A DNA stretch of 64,000 nt from Methanothermococcus sp. Ax23 (lineage in GTDB: Archaea; AGJL01; Methanococci; Methanococcales; Methanococcaceae), in assembly GCF_049075655.1 (NCBI RefSeq), contig NZ_CP157522.1, positions 1,120,001 to 1,184,000 on the forward strand, read 5' to 3'. The position numbers and the translations under genes were made by a program. Shown in pieces: positions 10,316 to 20,904 of this stretch. The number at the start of each line of letters is the position of its first letter. The stretch's first letter is position 1. The notes beneath the pieces are model-generated. The model searched no databases. It was not told the DNA's origin and saw only the letters and a program-made list of their open reading frames with translations.

Positions 10316-11260
10316 ATGAAAAAACTATTTTTTATTTTTTTTAATATATTTTTAATATCCTCTTTAAGCACAATTTACGCATGGGATGACTGTCCTTATG
10401 GTAAAACTGATTCATCATGCACATTTCCAGGAGAGTGTGGAAAATACATTGATACAAACAACAACGGGATATGTGACCACAGTGAGCCAGCACCTACTAT
10501 GAGCGGAGCTCCGTCAAACATACCACCAACAAGTGAAGGAACGATGTCGGAGGAACTTATTGATAAATATGTTCCAACGCCAAGTAGTGAGTTGAAAAAC
10601 TACACTATAAAACAGGTGTGCGAAGAATATAACCTAAGTCAGGATTGTTTAATTAATGCTTTAAAATCAAAAATAAATGAAATCAACGAAATGAGCAAGA
10701 GCTCTCCATCTGATGAGATACAGCTTACAGAAGAGATAGTTGATGAATATATAGACATATCAGGAAGTGAGTTAAAGAGCTATACCATAAAACAAATTTG
10801 CGAAATGTATGGTATAAATCCTGAGGATTTAAAGAGAAATTTAGGGGTATCGGTGGATGATGACACTACATTCGATACCATTAAAAAAACTTATGGAATA
10901 CCACCATCAAAATCCAAAGAGGCAATACTTAAATGTTTAATAGATGATGGAAAAGTAGTTTTAGACACTAAAACGGTTCAAGATTCTATTGATAAAAGTA
11001 ATCAATTAAAAGAAACATTAATTAATGAATTAAACGAAAACACCACTTTAAATGAAATTAAAGAAGTTTATGGGTTATCTCCAACTGACCTTAAAGAGGC
11101 AATACTTAACTGTATGATTGACGAAGGAATTGTAAGTATAGACAGCACAAATGTCTCCACCAATGGTGATAATTTAAATACTTCCGAATCCATAATTGAT
11201 AAAATAATAAAGTTCTTATTCACAGAACTGGATTTAAGAAATTTATTTAAAAGTAATTGA
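10316..11260 (+). CDS. Secreted hypothetical protein with N-terminal Cys motif and internal duplications
   Basis: Signal peptide, WDDCPYG..C..PGEC..YIDTNNNGICDHS motif, two pairs of repeated segments. Confidence 0.7.
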   Translation: MKKLFFIFFNIFLISSLSTIYAWDDCPYGKTDSSCTFPGECGKYIDTNNNGICDHSEPAPTMSGAPSNIPPTSEGTMSEELIDKYVPTPSSELKNYTIKQVCEEYNLSQDCLINALKSKINEINEMSKSSPSDEIQLTEEIVDEYIDISGSELKSYTIKQICEMYGINPEDLKRNLGVSVDDDTTFDTIKKTYGIPPSKSKEAILKCLIDDGKVVLDTKTVQDSIDKSNQLKETLINELNENTTLNEIKEVYGLSPTDLKEAILNCMIDEGIVSIDSTNVSTNGDNLNTSESIIDKIIKFLFTELDLRNLFKSN

Positions 11261-11290
11261 TTATTTTAGCTTTTTACTGAGGTGGAGATA

Positions 11291-11536
11291 ATGCCTTATG
11301 GTGCTGGAATTAACCATATTGGAGGAAATACTATGCCAACTACAACAACAGGACATTTTTTTGGATATGAATGGGATATAGTAATTGTGCTTTTGGTAAT
11401 TATTATAATAATGTTAGCATATTTGATATTTAAAAAACCAAATAGCGATATAGAATTGGCAAAAATAGAAAAGGATACTGCGGAAATAAAAGAAACTGTT
11501 AAGGAGTTGAAGAAAAAATGGGAAGAGATTGAGTGA
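11291..11536 (+). CDS. Small single-pass membrane protein
   Basis: GGTGGA RBS, one TM helix, coiled-coil tail. Confidence 0.65.
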   Translation: MPYGAGINHIGGNTMPTTTTGHFFGYEWDIVIVLLVIIIIMLAYLIFKKPNSDIELAKIEKDTAEIKETVKELKKKWEEIE

Positions 11537-11540
11537 TTTT

Positions 11541-11822
11541 ATGAATTTGGAAAAAACTATTAAGATAGGAGATGCACTGTCTAACCCTGTAAGAATTAAA
11601 ATAATTCATCTTTTGAATAAAAAACCCATGAACATTTATGAATTGGCAAAAACACTAAATCTATCAAGACCGGTTATATACACCCATTTAAAAAAATTGG
11701 AAGAAGCTGATTTAGTGGAAAGTGATTTAATATTGGATGATGCAAGGGCTAAGAGAATATACAAATCAAAGGAATTTAAATTTTGCATAGACAATGATAA
11801 AATAGATGAATTTTTTGAGTGA
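11541..11822 (+). CDS. ArsR/SmtB-family winged-helix regulator
   Basis: ALSNPVRIKII..L..ELAKTLNLSRPVIYTHLKKLEEADLV. Confidence 0.88.
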   Translation: MNLEKTIKIGDALSNPVRIKIIHLLNKKPMNIYELAKTLNLSRPVIYTHLKKLEEADLVESDLILDDARAKRIYKSKEFKFCIDNDKIDEFFE

Positions 11823-12540
11823 TATTATGGATAAACTACAAACTGTAAGAAAAATAGTCCAGTCGGCATTTTTTATAAAATTTGTAATCTTATCAGCCGT
11901 TCTTTCAAGCTTCTTCTGCCTGTGCATTTTTGGATATATTGAGCAATTCATATTGATGGGGAGTATTTATTTCGTTCCCGTTGTGGTTGTAATATCCTTG
12001 CTCACAATAATTTTTGGAAGAGTATTTTGCGGTTGGATGTGTCCATTGGGTTTTATTTTTGATTTAACATATAAGTTAAGAGTTAAGTTATCAGGGTTAA
12101 AAAAACTTCCAGAAGTTCCAAAAAACATCCACAATAAATTAAAATACTTAAAATATGTTATGTTGGTGTTATTCATTATATTAACATACCATTTTACAAC
12201 ATACGCCTATTGTTCAGTATGTCCTATCGGAGCTCTCACAAACTTATCTGGAACTCTAATTTCATTTGCCATTCTCGTCGGATTTATAGTATTGGGGTTC
12301 ATATATCCCATGGCATTTTGCAGATATTTCTGTCCAATAGGGGCATTACTTGGGCTACTTTCTATAAAACCCATATTTAAATTGAAATTAAATGATAAAT
12401 GTGTAAAATGTAGAATGTGCGAAAGAAAATGTCCAATGCAGATAGAGCTTACTGAAAAAATAGAACAGCATGAATGTATAAGATGCTTTGAATGTATAAG
12501 TTCATGTAGGAAAAAAGGAGTTGATTTTACCTTTAACTGA
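11806..12540 (+). CDS. Membrane 4Fe-4S binding protein (NapH/MauN-like)
   Basis: FCGWMCP, YCSVCP, FCRYFCP and two ferredoxin motifs; its stop codon is supplied by the inserted MITE. Confidence 0.88.
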   Translation: MNFLSDIMDKLQTVRKIVQSAFFIKFVILSAVLSSFFCLCIFGYIEQFILMGSIYFVPVVVVISLLTIIFGRVFCGWMCPLGFIFDLTYKLRVKLSGLKKLPEVPKNIHNKLKYLKYVMLVLFIILTYHFTTYAYCSVCPIGALTNLSGTLISFAILVGFIVLGFIYPMAFCRYFCPIGALLGLLSIKPIFKLKLNDKCVKCRMCERKCPMQIELTEKIEQHECIRCFECISSCRKKGVDFTFN

Positions 12541-12908
12541 CCTACTCCAACGAGTGAACTCGTTGGGTTCTCGCTTACGGTAGTAAGCGAGCAACGAAAT
12601 CACGAAGTGATTTCGTCTAATTTTAGTAGGGTTTAACCCTACACGGGTGGCCAAGCCCACTACCCCTACCCATTAATGGGTTCAGGGCTACGCTATGCAC
12701 TTCCAACCACTACCAGCGGTAGAGTTTTCACTAACCCCACCCATAGATACTTGGACTGGTAGCGTTACTTACTACTAATCTTCATATATTTATATTTTAC
12801 TACTTACTAGCCGATATAATGTCCGCCTCTCATCCAATCTCGTAAGAGATTTTACAAAACTATGTTTTGTATAACGACTGAAGTCGTTGGCTTTCCCGGC
12901 GGTTTATC
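12537..12908 (-). mobile_element. Non-autonomous IS605-derived element (372 bp, subfamily A)
   Basis: Same left end after TTTAC and same GTCAG right end as 4975-6487; no ORF. Confidence 0.92.
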
Positions 12909-12989
12909 GTAAATCTTAATATTCATTATTTTACTTATTTTATTTTTTATTTATTAACCTTTGTATATCTTTTTCTTGTTATATTTTTA

Positions 12990-13646
12990 TCATGTTTCAG
13001 TAAATAGTTTTCTAACCTCATCCACAGCATCCTTTTTTGCCAGAATAAGTATTCTATCGTCTGGTTTTAATTCTGTTTCGCCATCAGGTATTTTTAATTC
13101 ATTCTCCTCATATACTGCAATTATTAAATATTCCTTATTTTTGCCGAGCTCCTTTATGTGTTTATTGGCTACCTGCGAGTTTGAGTCTATGATTAATTCG
13201 AGAATTTCCGCATCACCGCCACCTACGATTGCTAAATCTACAATCCCAGGTCTGTTTATGAGTTTTTCAATATAATTTGCAGCCACGAGCTCGGGGCTGA
13301 TAACAACATCTACATTTAATTTTTCAAATACTTCCTTATATTCTGGTTCGCTAACCCTTGCAATTGTTTTTGGTATTTGGTAATTCTTAGCAAGCAAAGA
13401 GCTTATTAAATTTATCTCCTGATGACCAGTTACTGCGATAAACATATCGGCATCATCAATACCTGCATTTTCAAGGGTTTTGATGCTGGTGCAATCTCCA
13501 TTTATCACCAAGGCATCAATTTCACTTGCAACATCTTCACAAACTTTTTTATCCATATCAATAAGCACTAAATCGTGATTTTTTCCTGAAAGGGATTTTG
13601 CCAGTGCAAATCCCACTCTACCCATTCCAGCTATTATTATATACAT
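12990..13646 (-). CDS. trkA: TrkA-family potassium uptake protein
   Basis: IIIAGMGRVG Rossmann motif, RCK-N plus RCK-C (IPDGETEL). Confidence 0.92.
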   Translation of the reverse strand: MYIIIAGMGRVGFALAKSLSGKNHDLVLIDMDKKVCEDVASEIDALVINGDCTSIKTLENAGIDDADMFIAVTGHQEINLISSLLAKNYQIPKTIARVSEPEYKEVFEKLNVDVVISPELVAANYIEKLINRPGIVDLAIVGGGDAEILELIIDSNSQVANKHIKELGKNKEYLIIAVYEENELKIPDGETELKPDDRILILAKKDAVDEVRKLFTET

Positions 13647-13654
13647 TTTATCTC

Positions 13655-14251
13655 CTACAATAACAGTATTTTTTCATAATATTCATTATATGCTCCATGA
13701 AAATGGGGAAGTGCGTTAAGCAATTCTGCTTCGAGCTCTTGAATAATTAAATGTTCCTCATAGGATATAATGTTAATAAGATTTCTCTTCCACGCCTCTT
13801 CACATTTTAAACTACATGGAATAAATCCAGACGGCATTATTATGGCAACCTTCTCCTTTACATCTTTATTATTTTCTAATATGTCTTTTTTTATTCCATC
13901 CTTTATTTCTTCTGCTTCCTTTAAGTGTTCGGCATCTATTCCAAATCTCGCAGATTTAAATGATTCCACACAGCATTTTGGATATCCCATTAATATCCCA
14001 TATTCCTCTGGAAAATCTAAACCTGAATATACTCCGAGCTCAGATGAAACCATAGGGTCTATTGCAGGTCTAACCTTTGGATTGTATTTTTTAACAATTT
14101 CTATTTGTTTTGTAAGTCGATATATTATATAGTTATATTTTTCATCATCCATATTTTGAATACGGGAAGCTATAAAATTTAAATCTGATTTTCCTTCTCT
14201 TGCAGATGTTATTTTTTTAAGAATTTCTTTCATTGACTCAACAGCATTCAT
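13655..14251 (-). CDS. DUF483-like archaeal protein
   Basis: GILMGYPKCCVESF and GFIPCSLKC motifs. Confidence 0.7.
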   Translation of the reverse strand: MNAVESMKEILKKITSAREGKSDLNFIASRIQNMDDEKYNYIIYRLTKQIEIVKKYNPKVRPAIDPMVSSELGVYSGLDFPEEYGILMGYPKCCVESFKSARFGIDAEHLKEAEEIKDGIKKDILENNKDVKEKVAIIMPSGFIPCSLKCEEAWKRNLINIISYEEHLIIQELEAELLNALPHFHGAYNEYYEKILLL

Positions 14252-14567
14252 ACTATCACATTTTATATTATTTAGGATAATAATATAATATTTTATTTTA
14301 AAATGGTGGTATTATGGAAGTGTATTATTCGATAATAGATAATTATGATTCATTAGATAATAATGTAGAGATACTAAATAAAACCTTCGAATCCATTAAT
14401 TTAAATGAATTTGATAAAATACTTATAAAGCCAAATGTTTTAGGACCTTATCCACCAAATAGATGTGCAACAACTCATCCAAAATTTTTAGAGTGGATTT
14501 TGAAATATTTGATTGATACTAAGAACATAGACGCCAATAAAATCATTGTAGGGGACTCATCGGGATA

Positions 14568-14625
14568 TCGAAGCGAATTCTATTGAATTCGCTGACTTAC
14601 GAAAACTCTTCGAGTTTTCGTCAAG
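14568..14625 (-). repeat. Double-hairpin micro-insertion, frameshifting (58 bp)
   Basis: Homologous to 1795-1851; excision gives ..GDSSGY|STKKSFEV.. Confidence 0.88.
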
Positions 14626-15160
14626 TTCTACAAAAAAATCCTTTGAAGTATCTGAGCTCAGAAAAGCATGTGAAAAATACAATGTAAAGCATCTTTCATT
14701 TGAAAACGATGAAGTTATAAAAACAAAAATACTAAATAGTGAAATAACACTTCCAAAAACCGTTGTAGATAGTGATTTGATAATAAATCTCCCAAAATTA
14801 AAAACCCACATACTTATGAAATACACTGGGGCAGTTAAAAACCTATATGGATGTATTCCCGGTGGATTGAAGCCAAAACTTCATGGTGTCTATCCAAAGG
14901 AAAATGATTTTGCAAAGTTATTGGTAGAGCTCCACAACACCATAATAAAAGATAAAGAAACAATTACCATAATGGATGGAATCTATGGGATGGAAGGAAA
15001 TGGACCAAGCAATGGAAAACCTATAAATTCAAAAATAGTAATTGCCTCAAAAAGTTCTGTTGCTGTTGATTTATTTGCATCCTATTACATAGGATACAAT
15101 CCCAACGATATTTTAACATATAGGTTTTTAGATGATGGTGTTGAGTATGAACTCATACAT

Positions 15161-15536
15161 CTGACCTACTCCAACGAGTGAACTCGTTGGGTTCTCGCTT
15201 ACGGTAGTAAGCGAGCAACGAAATCACGAAGTGATTTCGTCTAATTTTAGTAGGGTTTAACCCTACACGGGTGGCCAAGCCCACTACCCCTATCTCCGTT
15301 TAGGAGATTCAGGGCTACCTTTTGAATTTCCAAACACTACCAGCGGTAGAGTTTTCGATAACCCTACCCATAGATACTTGGACTGGTAGCGTTACTTACT
15401 ACTAATCTTCACATATTTATATTTTACTACTTACTAGCCGATATAATGTCCCGCCTCTCATCCAATCTCATAAGAGATTTTACAAAACTATGTTTTGTAT
15501 AACGATTAAAATCGTTGGCTTTCTCGGCGGTTTATC
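15161..15536 (-). mobile_element. Non-autonomous IS605-derived element (376 bp, subfamily B)
   Basis: Near-identical to 26844-27219; excision restores the host frame CAT|GTA AAT, which fixes the ends and the TTTAC target. Confidence 0.93.
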
Positions 15537-15572
15537 GTAAATAACAATAAAACCGAAAAAATCTCAAAATTA

Positions 15573-15599
15573 CGATTTCCTTCGCTTCGCTCGGAAATG
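15573..15599. repeat. REP-like single-hairpin insertion, in frame (27 bp, RFPSLRSEM)
   Basis: ATTTCC-TTCGCTTCGCTC-GGAAAT, a GC-rich island in AT-rich CDS. Confidence 0.55.
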
Positions 15600-15890
15600 G
15601 ATTTAAACAATATCAATAGGATGAAATTTAAAAAGCCAGATACATTTTATTTAATCTCCATATTTCCTCCAAAGATTGTAAAGCTGATATTTTCAATCAT
15701 GGTTCAGAAACCGAAAATAAATAAGAGAAAATGTAGGAAATGTAAAATCTGTGAGTATGTGTGCCCAGTCAATGCTATATCAATAGATAATTTGAAAATA
15801 GATTCAAAAAAATGTATAAATTGCTATTGCTGTCATGAAATGTGCGGATTTGATGCCATCGATTTAAGAAGTAGGTTTTGGGTGAATTAG

Positions 15891-16802
15891 TTATTGATTA
15901 TTTTTGCTCCTTTCAGAATCTTTAATTAACACTATCGGAGTATGTTCCAACTCACTTAATACATCCTCTGTAATTTCAAATGTATTGTATTTTTTCATAA
16001 TATCATGGATTGATTTTGTAAAAGGCACCTGTGATGTATCTGCAAGATTTGCAATGTATAGGAGCTCATCCATGGTATATTTTTTATAGATTTCATTGCC
16101 TACAACAGTCAATGGGGTGGCCCCACATAATCCACCCACATTTAACAACCCCCCCAATTTACCAATTATGTATCCCAGAGCTCCGACTTTTGATATTATA
16201 CCATCCATTGCATAAGGTAATGCTGTTATATACCACTTAAAAAATTTATATGTTGCATCGGTGTCTATAATCATAACCGCAACATCCAAATTTAATTCAT
16301 CTTTAATGGCATTGTATAGTCTCTCCGCAGATTTTTTTGGATTTTTTGGAAGAAGTGCAGCATAGGTTCCCGGAACATTTGTTAAATCTACGCCCCCTTC
16401 CGAAGCAGGTTTTAACGCGTAAATAAGACCAACATTATCAATTACAACCTGTTTGTGCTTCAAAGTTTCTTTTTTTGGCATTTTTCTAAGATTTTTTACC
16501 CTATCCTTTCGTGTTTTTAGTATTGGCCCTAATACATAGCCCCACAGGTATTTTGACCAGTAATAGCAAAAATATGCCCAAAATTTAGGTTTGGCATTTT
16601 TTTCATCTACAAAATTATTTTCACTTGTTGCAACGAATTTTTCACTTAATATGATAAAATCGCCGTTTTCTATTTTTAATCCCTTTTTCATTTCTCTTTT
16701 TAGTGAATTTATCACTTCTGGAACAAAATCTTCGTTTCTTCGAATATATTTGGTTTTTATAGGTATTGCTTTTATGTGTTTAGTATATGCCCTATCTTTC
16801 AT
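15891..16802 (-). CDS. F420-0:gamma-glutamyl ligase-like protein (CofE paralog)
   Basis: DFIILSEK, GGVDLTNVPG, VMIIDTD and TPIVLI motifs. Confidence 0.75.
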   Translation of the reverse strand: MKDRAYTKHIKAIPIKTKYIRRNEDFVPEVINSLKREMKKGLKIENGDFIILSEKFVATSENNFVDEKNAKPKFWAYFCYYWSKYLWGYVLGPILKTRKDRVKNLRKMPKKETLKHKQVVIDNVGLIYALKPASEGGVDLTNVPGTYAALLPKNPKKSAERLYNAIKDELNLDVAVMIIDTDATYKFFKWYITALPYAMDGIISKVGALGYIIGKLGGLLNVGGLCGATPLTVVGNEIYKKYTMDELLYIANLADTSQVPFTKSIHDIMKKYNTFEITEDVLSELEHTPIVLIKDSERSKNNQ

Positions 16803-16948
16803 AGTCTCACAATTTAATAAATGTATAAATATCGAATAGTTTTGATTATATAAATAAATATATAACATAAGTGATAAAATAAGAATATATAATAAAAAAA
16901 TAATATAATTATAAGCAATATATATAATAAAAAATAAAATGTGATTTT

Positions 16949-17386
16949 ATGGACATGAGTTTGGGGTATCTGCTAATATTGGTGGGTTTGGCGTTAATAC
17001 TTTTTGAAGTAATTACGCCCGGGCTTTATTTTCCAGCAATAGGTATAGCATTGTTGATATATGGCATATTCTTGATATTTCTGCCCTCATTGGCATTGCC
17101 TGTTGCCATATTGTCTGGATTAATTACCGTTTATATTATGTATCGTCTGGTGTATAATGTGGGCAGTGATATAAAAATAGGGGCAGAGCGATTCGTAGGA
17201 AGGGAGCTGATTTTACCTAATGATTTGGATGAACAGAGATATGGGCTGATAACCATAGACAATGAAAAATGGCACATCAAGGCAAAAGAACCTCTGAAAA
17301 AAGGGGATAAAATAAAAATAGTAGGTATTGAAGGGGTAAGTTTAGTTGTCGAGAAAATAAATAATACTGAAATAAATACTGAATAA
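16949..17386 (+). CDS. NfeD-family membrane protein
   Basis: TM N-terminus, OB-fold [13 protein letters not shown]; adjacent to an SPFH gene. Confidence 0.88.
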   Translation: MDMSLGYLLILVGLALILFEVITPGLYFPAIGIALLIYGIFLIFLPSLALPVAILSGLITVYIMYRLVYNVGSDIKIGAERFVGRELILPNDLDEQRYGLITIDNEKWHIKAKEPLKKGDKIKIVGIEGVSLVVEKINNTEINTE

Positions 17387-17423
17387 AAAAACAAAAAATA
17401 TTAAAAATATACGGAGGGGTATA

Positions 17424-18227
17424 ATGAATTGGTTTTGGTTAATAGTAGGTTTAATGGTGCTCTATATAATAATAAAATCCGTGGTAATTGTAAATCAGTA
17501 TGAATTAGGTATAATATTTCGATTGGGTAAAGTATCTAGGGTATTAAAACCCGGAGTAAATATACTAATACCACTTATAGAAGAACCTGTAAGGGTGGAT
17601 GTAAGGACAAAAGTTATAGATATTCCGCCTCAGGAGATGATTACACGAGATAACGCCGCAGTTTCAATAGATGCGGTTATTTATTATAGAGTTGTAGATG
17701 TAAAAAGAGCTCTGTTGGAGGTGCAAAACTATGAGTATGCCATAGTAAATCTTGCTCAAACGACATTAAGGGCTATGATAGGTAGCATGGAGCTCGACGA
17801 AGTTCTAAACAAAAGGGAATTTATAAACTCAAAACTCTTGGAAACTCTTGATAAAGATACCGACGCATGGGGTGTGAAGGTTGAAAAGGTAGAGCTCAGG
17901 GAGATAGAGCCACCACAAGATATAAAGGATGCCATGACTCAGCAGATGAAGGCAGAGAGATTAAAGAGAGCCGCAATATTGGAGGCAGAAGGGGAGAAAC
18001 AAAGTAAGATATTGAAGGCAGAGGGTATAGCTGAGAGTTTGAGAATTGAAGCTGAGGGACAGGCAAAGGCAATAAAAATTGTTGCAGAAGCCGCACAGCA
18101 ATACTTTAAGGATGAAGCACAGCTTTATAAGGCACTTGATGTAACTAGCACGGTGTTGAAGGAAAACACGAAATATATAATCTCTGAAAATATAATGGAT
18201 GTTGCAAAGAAGCTTATTAAAAAATAA
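17424..18227 (+). CDS. SPFH/stomatin-family protein
   Basis: [21 protein letters not shown] and AERLKRA motifs. Confidence 0.95.
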   Translation: MNWFWLIVGLMVLYIIIKSVVIVNQYELGIIFRLGKVSRVLKPGVNILIPLIEEPVRVDVRTKVIDIPPQEMITRDNAAVSIDAVIYYRVVDVKRALLEVQNYEYAIVNLAQTTLRAMIGSMELDEVLNKREFINSKLLETLDKDTDAWGVKVEKVELREIEPPQDIKDAMTQQMKAERLKRAAILEAEGEKQSKILKAEGIAESLRIEAEGQAKAIKIVAEAAQQYFKDEAQLYKALDVTSTVLKENTKYIISENIMDVAKKLIKK

Positions 18228-18457
18228 GTTTTTAAGCTTTTTTATTTTTTTATTTTTAGTTTAATTTTTATTTTTATTATCTTATTATCTTTTATATTTA
18301 TCACCTACTTTAATTACATTATTGCATTCATATATATTTATTTTAGACAAAAACTATATATACTACCTGCACCATATTATAAAACATAATAGTGCAATAT
18401 TATGCCATAATCATAAACATTATATATTAAGTTAATCAATATTATTCATAAAATTAC

Positions 18458-19495
18458 ATGGGTGGTAGATTGGTAATCTGTCAAAAAGAATTTACAAATC
18501 TTTATTGGAGACATAATTATCCACAATATTGGAATAGGATTATAGAGAAAAATCATTTGAAGCCGGTAAATCAGCATGAATTCACAAATTTGCAAAGTTA
18601 TAGGTTTATCGGTATGATGGGGGATGAGATATACAACGACATTACAACGGGACCATGTCTATTAACTCCGAAGGAGATAAGGAGCTTAAATAAGGATACT
18701 ACTATTGAGGAAGTTCAAAAAATGCTTATGAGGCACCCTACATTTGAGGATTACGTTTCCATTGCTGTGGAGACAAAAGAGGAATATTCCACAAACATAA
18801 TTATAGAAACATACGAATATGCAAAACTTATAGAGTATAAAACAGAAATCTCATTTGAAGAAGCTCTTAAACTAACAAAAAAAGCTGGGGAGAACTTTAA
18901 AAAATACTACGATAAAAAATTAAAAAATAAAAATAAAGCTGGGAAATTGAAATACTTCCCAACACATAAGTCATCATTTGACAGTAGGTTGAGGGAGCTC
19001 TGCAATGAACATTATCAATTTTACTTAAACAACTCAAACATGTCTAAAAAAGGTAGGGAGATTATAGAAACCAATCCTGAGGAAAGCACATGGTTAAGAA
19101 TAAAAGTCTCATTCCTTCCAGAAGCCATCAATAAGGACAAAACAACAATAATTGAACCGGCTTCAAGTATTGAAGGAATGAAGTATGCGAATATGATTTC
19201 AGGGAGCTCCGCAGTAATTACAAGAAGCCCACCGACTCTCACGAATAAGCCAGTAATGAATGAAGGCTATGATTATGAGGTATTCTATTTAAACAACCCT
19301 ATTGATGAAGAGATTAAAAAGTTCAGATTAAACGATGGTAAATCCCCATACGGATGCACATCATATAATTTACATGCCTTCCTATGTAATGATGATGAAA
19401 TAAATATTGAGGAATTTGAAAATCATATAAAAGGGGATTGTAAAAAATGCATGGAATATTTAAAGGATAACATCAATAAATATATACTGAAATAA
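18458..19495 (+). CDS. Hypothetical protein
   Basis: 345-aa ORF with host-like codon usage, directly upstream of the thioredoxin reductase gene. Confidence 0.75.
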   Translation: MGGRLVICQKEFTNLYWRHNYPQYWNRIIEKNHLKPVNQHEFTNLQSYRFIGMMGDEIYNDITTGPCLLTPKEIRSLNKDTTIEEVQKMLMRHPTFEDYVSIAVETKEEYSTNIIIETYEYAKLIEYKTEISFEEALKLTKKAGENFKKYYDKKLKNKNKAGKLKYFPTHKSSFDSRLRELCNEHYQFYLNNSNMSKKGREIIETNPEESTWLRIKVSFLPEAINKDKTTIIEPASSIEGMKYANMISGSSAVITRSPPTLTNKPVMNEGYDYEVFYLNNPIDEEIKKFRLNDGKSPYGCTSYNLHAFLCNDDEINIEEFENHIKGDCKKCMEYLKDNINKYILK

Positions 19496-19509
19496 AAACA
19501 GGTGATATT

Positions 19510-20424
19510 ATGGATGAAGTATATGATTTAATAATAATTGGTGGAGGTCCTGCGGGATTAACAGCGGGAATATATGCAATGAGGGCAAAATTAAACACTC
19601 TTTGTATAGAGAAAGAGAATGAAGGGGGAAAAATAGCAGAAGCAGGAATTGTGGAAAACTATCCTGGATTTGACAATATAAGAGGTTTTGAGTTAGCTCA
19701 AAAATTCGTAGAACATGCAAAGAAATTTAATTTAAATATTACTCATGATACAATTAAAAAAATCGACACATCAGATAGACCCTTCAAGGTAATTGGGGAA
19801 AATAACACATATACTGCAAAAGCCATAATAATAGCAACGGGAACAAAGGATAAAAAATTGGGATTAAATGAAGATGATTTCGTTGGAAGGGGGGTGAGCT
19901 ACTGCACAACCTGTGATGCATTCTTCTACTTGAACAAGGAGGTAATAGTTGTTGGAAGGGGAACTCCTGCGGTTATGTCTGCATTGAATTTAAAGGACAT
20001 TGTGAAAAAGGTAACTGTGATTACAGATAAGGAGGAGCTCAGGGCTGCTGAAAGTATTATGATGGAAAGATTAAACAGTGCTGAAAACATAGAAGTAATT
20101 ACCAATGCAAAACCTTTAAAAATACTGGGTAGTGATAAAGCAGAGGGTGTTTTGGTATCAATCGACGGAGAAGAAAAGGAAATAAAAGCAGACGGTATTT
20201 TTATAAGCATGGGGCATATACCAAACTCTGAATTCTTAGAAGGTAGCGGCATAGAATTAAATAAAAGTGGGTTTGTGGTAGTGGATAAATCATGCAAGAC
20301 AAATATTGATGGTATATTTGCCTGCGGAGATATTGCAGGAGGGGTTTTACAGGTATCCAAAGCAGTTGGTGAAGGTGCAGTTGCACTTGCCAGTGCTTCA
20401 AAGTATCTAAACAGTTTAAAATAA
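19510..20424 (+). CDS. trxR: Thioredoxin reductase, probably F420-dependent (DFTR-type)
   Basis: GGGPAG, CTTCD and GIFACGD motifs; the NADPH motif GGGxxA is replaced by GRGTPA. Confidence 0.88.
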   Translation: MDEVYDLIIIGGGPAGLTAGIYAMRAKLNTLCIEKENEGGKIAEAGIVENYPGFDNIRGFELAQKFVEHAKKFNLNITHDTIKKIDTSDRPFKVIGENNTYTAKAIIIATGTKDKKLGLNEDDFVGRGVSYCTTCDAFFYLNKEVIVVGRGTPAVMSALNLKDIVKKVTVITDKEELRAAESIMMERLNSAENIEVITNAKPLKILGSDKAEGVLVSIDGEEKEIKADGIFISMGHIPNSEFLEGSGIELNKSGFVVVDKSCKTNIDGIFACGDIAGGVLQVSKAVGEGAVALASASKYLNSLK

Positions 20425-20445
20425 TAATATGGAAACGGCGATAGC

Positions 20446-20838
20446 ATGGATAATTATTCTAAATTATTAATATTAATCCCTCTATTTTTTATAGTATTGA
20501 TTATGGGATGCATAAGTGCTAAACCTGCTATCTCCACTAATGATGGTATCTCATCAAATGCAGGTTTAAATAATGAAAATAAAACGGTCGTTCTTGAATT
20601 TTATGCCGACTGGTGCGGATACTGTAAGGCTCTTGAACCTACAATAAACAGTCTTGAAAAAGAAGGTATTGAGGTTATAAAAATAGATACCGATGCAAAT
20701 CCAGATTTGGCTAACCAGTATGGTGTAAGGGCATTACCTACAATTATATATGTTAAAGATGGAAAAGTTGTTGATAAAACCATAGGATATAATCCAGAAG
20801 AAATAAAAGAAAAGGCTAAGAATTTGTATAATCAATGA
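20446..20838 (+). CDS. Thioredoxin-family lipoprotein
   Basis: Lipobox IMGC, WCGYC active site, cis-Pro LPT. Confidence 0.9.
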   Translation: MDNYSKLLILIPLFFIVLIMGCISAKPAISTNDGISSNAGLNNENKTVVLEFYADWCGYCKALEPTINSLEKEGIEVIKIDTDANPDLANQYGVRALPTIIYVKDGKVVDKTIGYNPEEIKEKAKNLYNQ

Positions 20839-20904
20839 CTGTTTTTAATCGTTGCTCTCTTTTTATTTTTATAAAACCTTTTTTGCATTATTAAAGGTGG
20901 AAGT

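Larger units (their letters stand above)
14314..15890 (+). pseudogene. DUF362 / 4Fe-4S protein interrupted by two disrupting insertions and one in-frame insertion
   Basis: LIKPN, TTHP, INLPKLKTH, GAVKNLYG, MEGNGP and two C-terminal ferredoxin motifs; removing 14568-14625 and 15161-15536 gives one open frame. Confidence 0.88.

Noticed and set aside
14581-14586. In-frame TGA in the DUF362 gene as a possible selenocysteine codon, since tRNA-Sec is in the window
   Set aside because: The TGA lies inside the hairpin insertion and the downstream gene is in a different frame.
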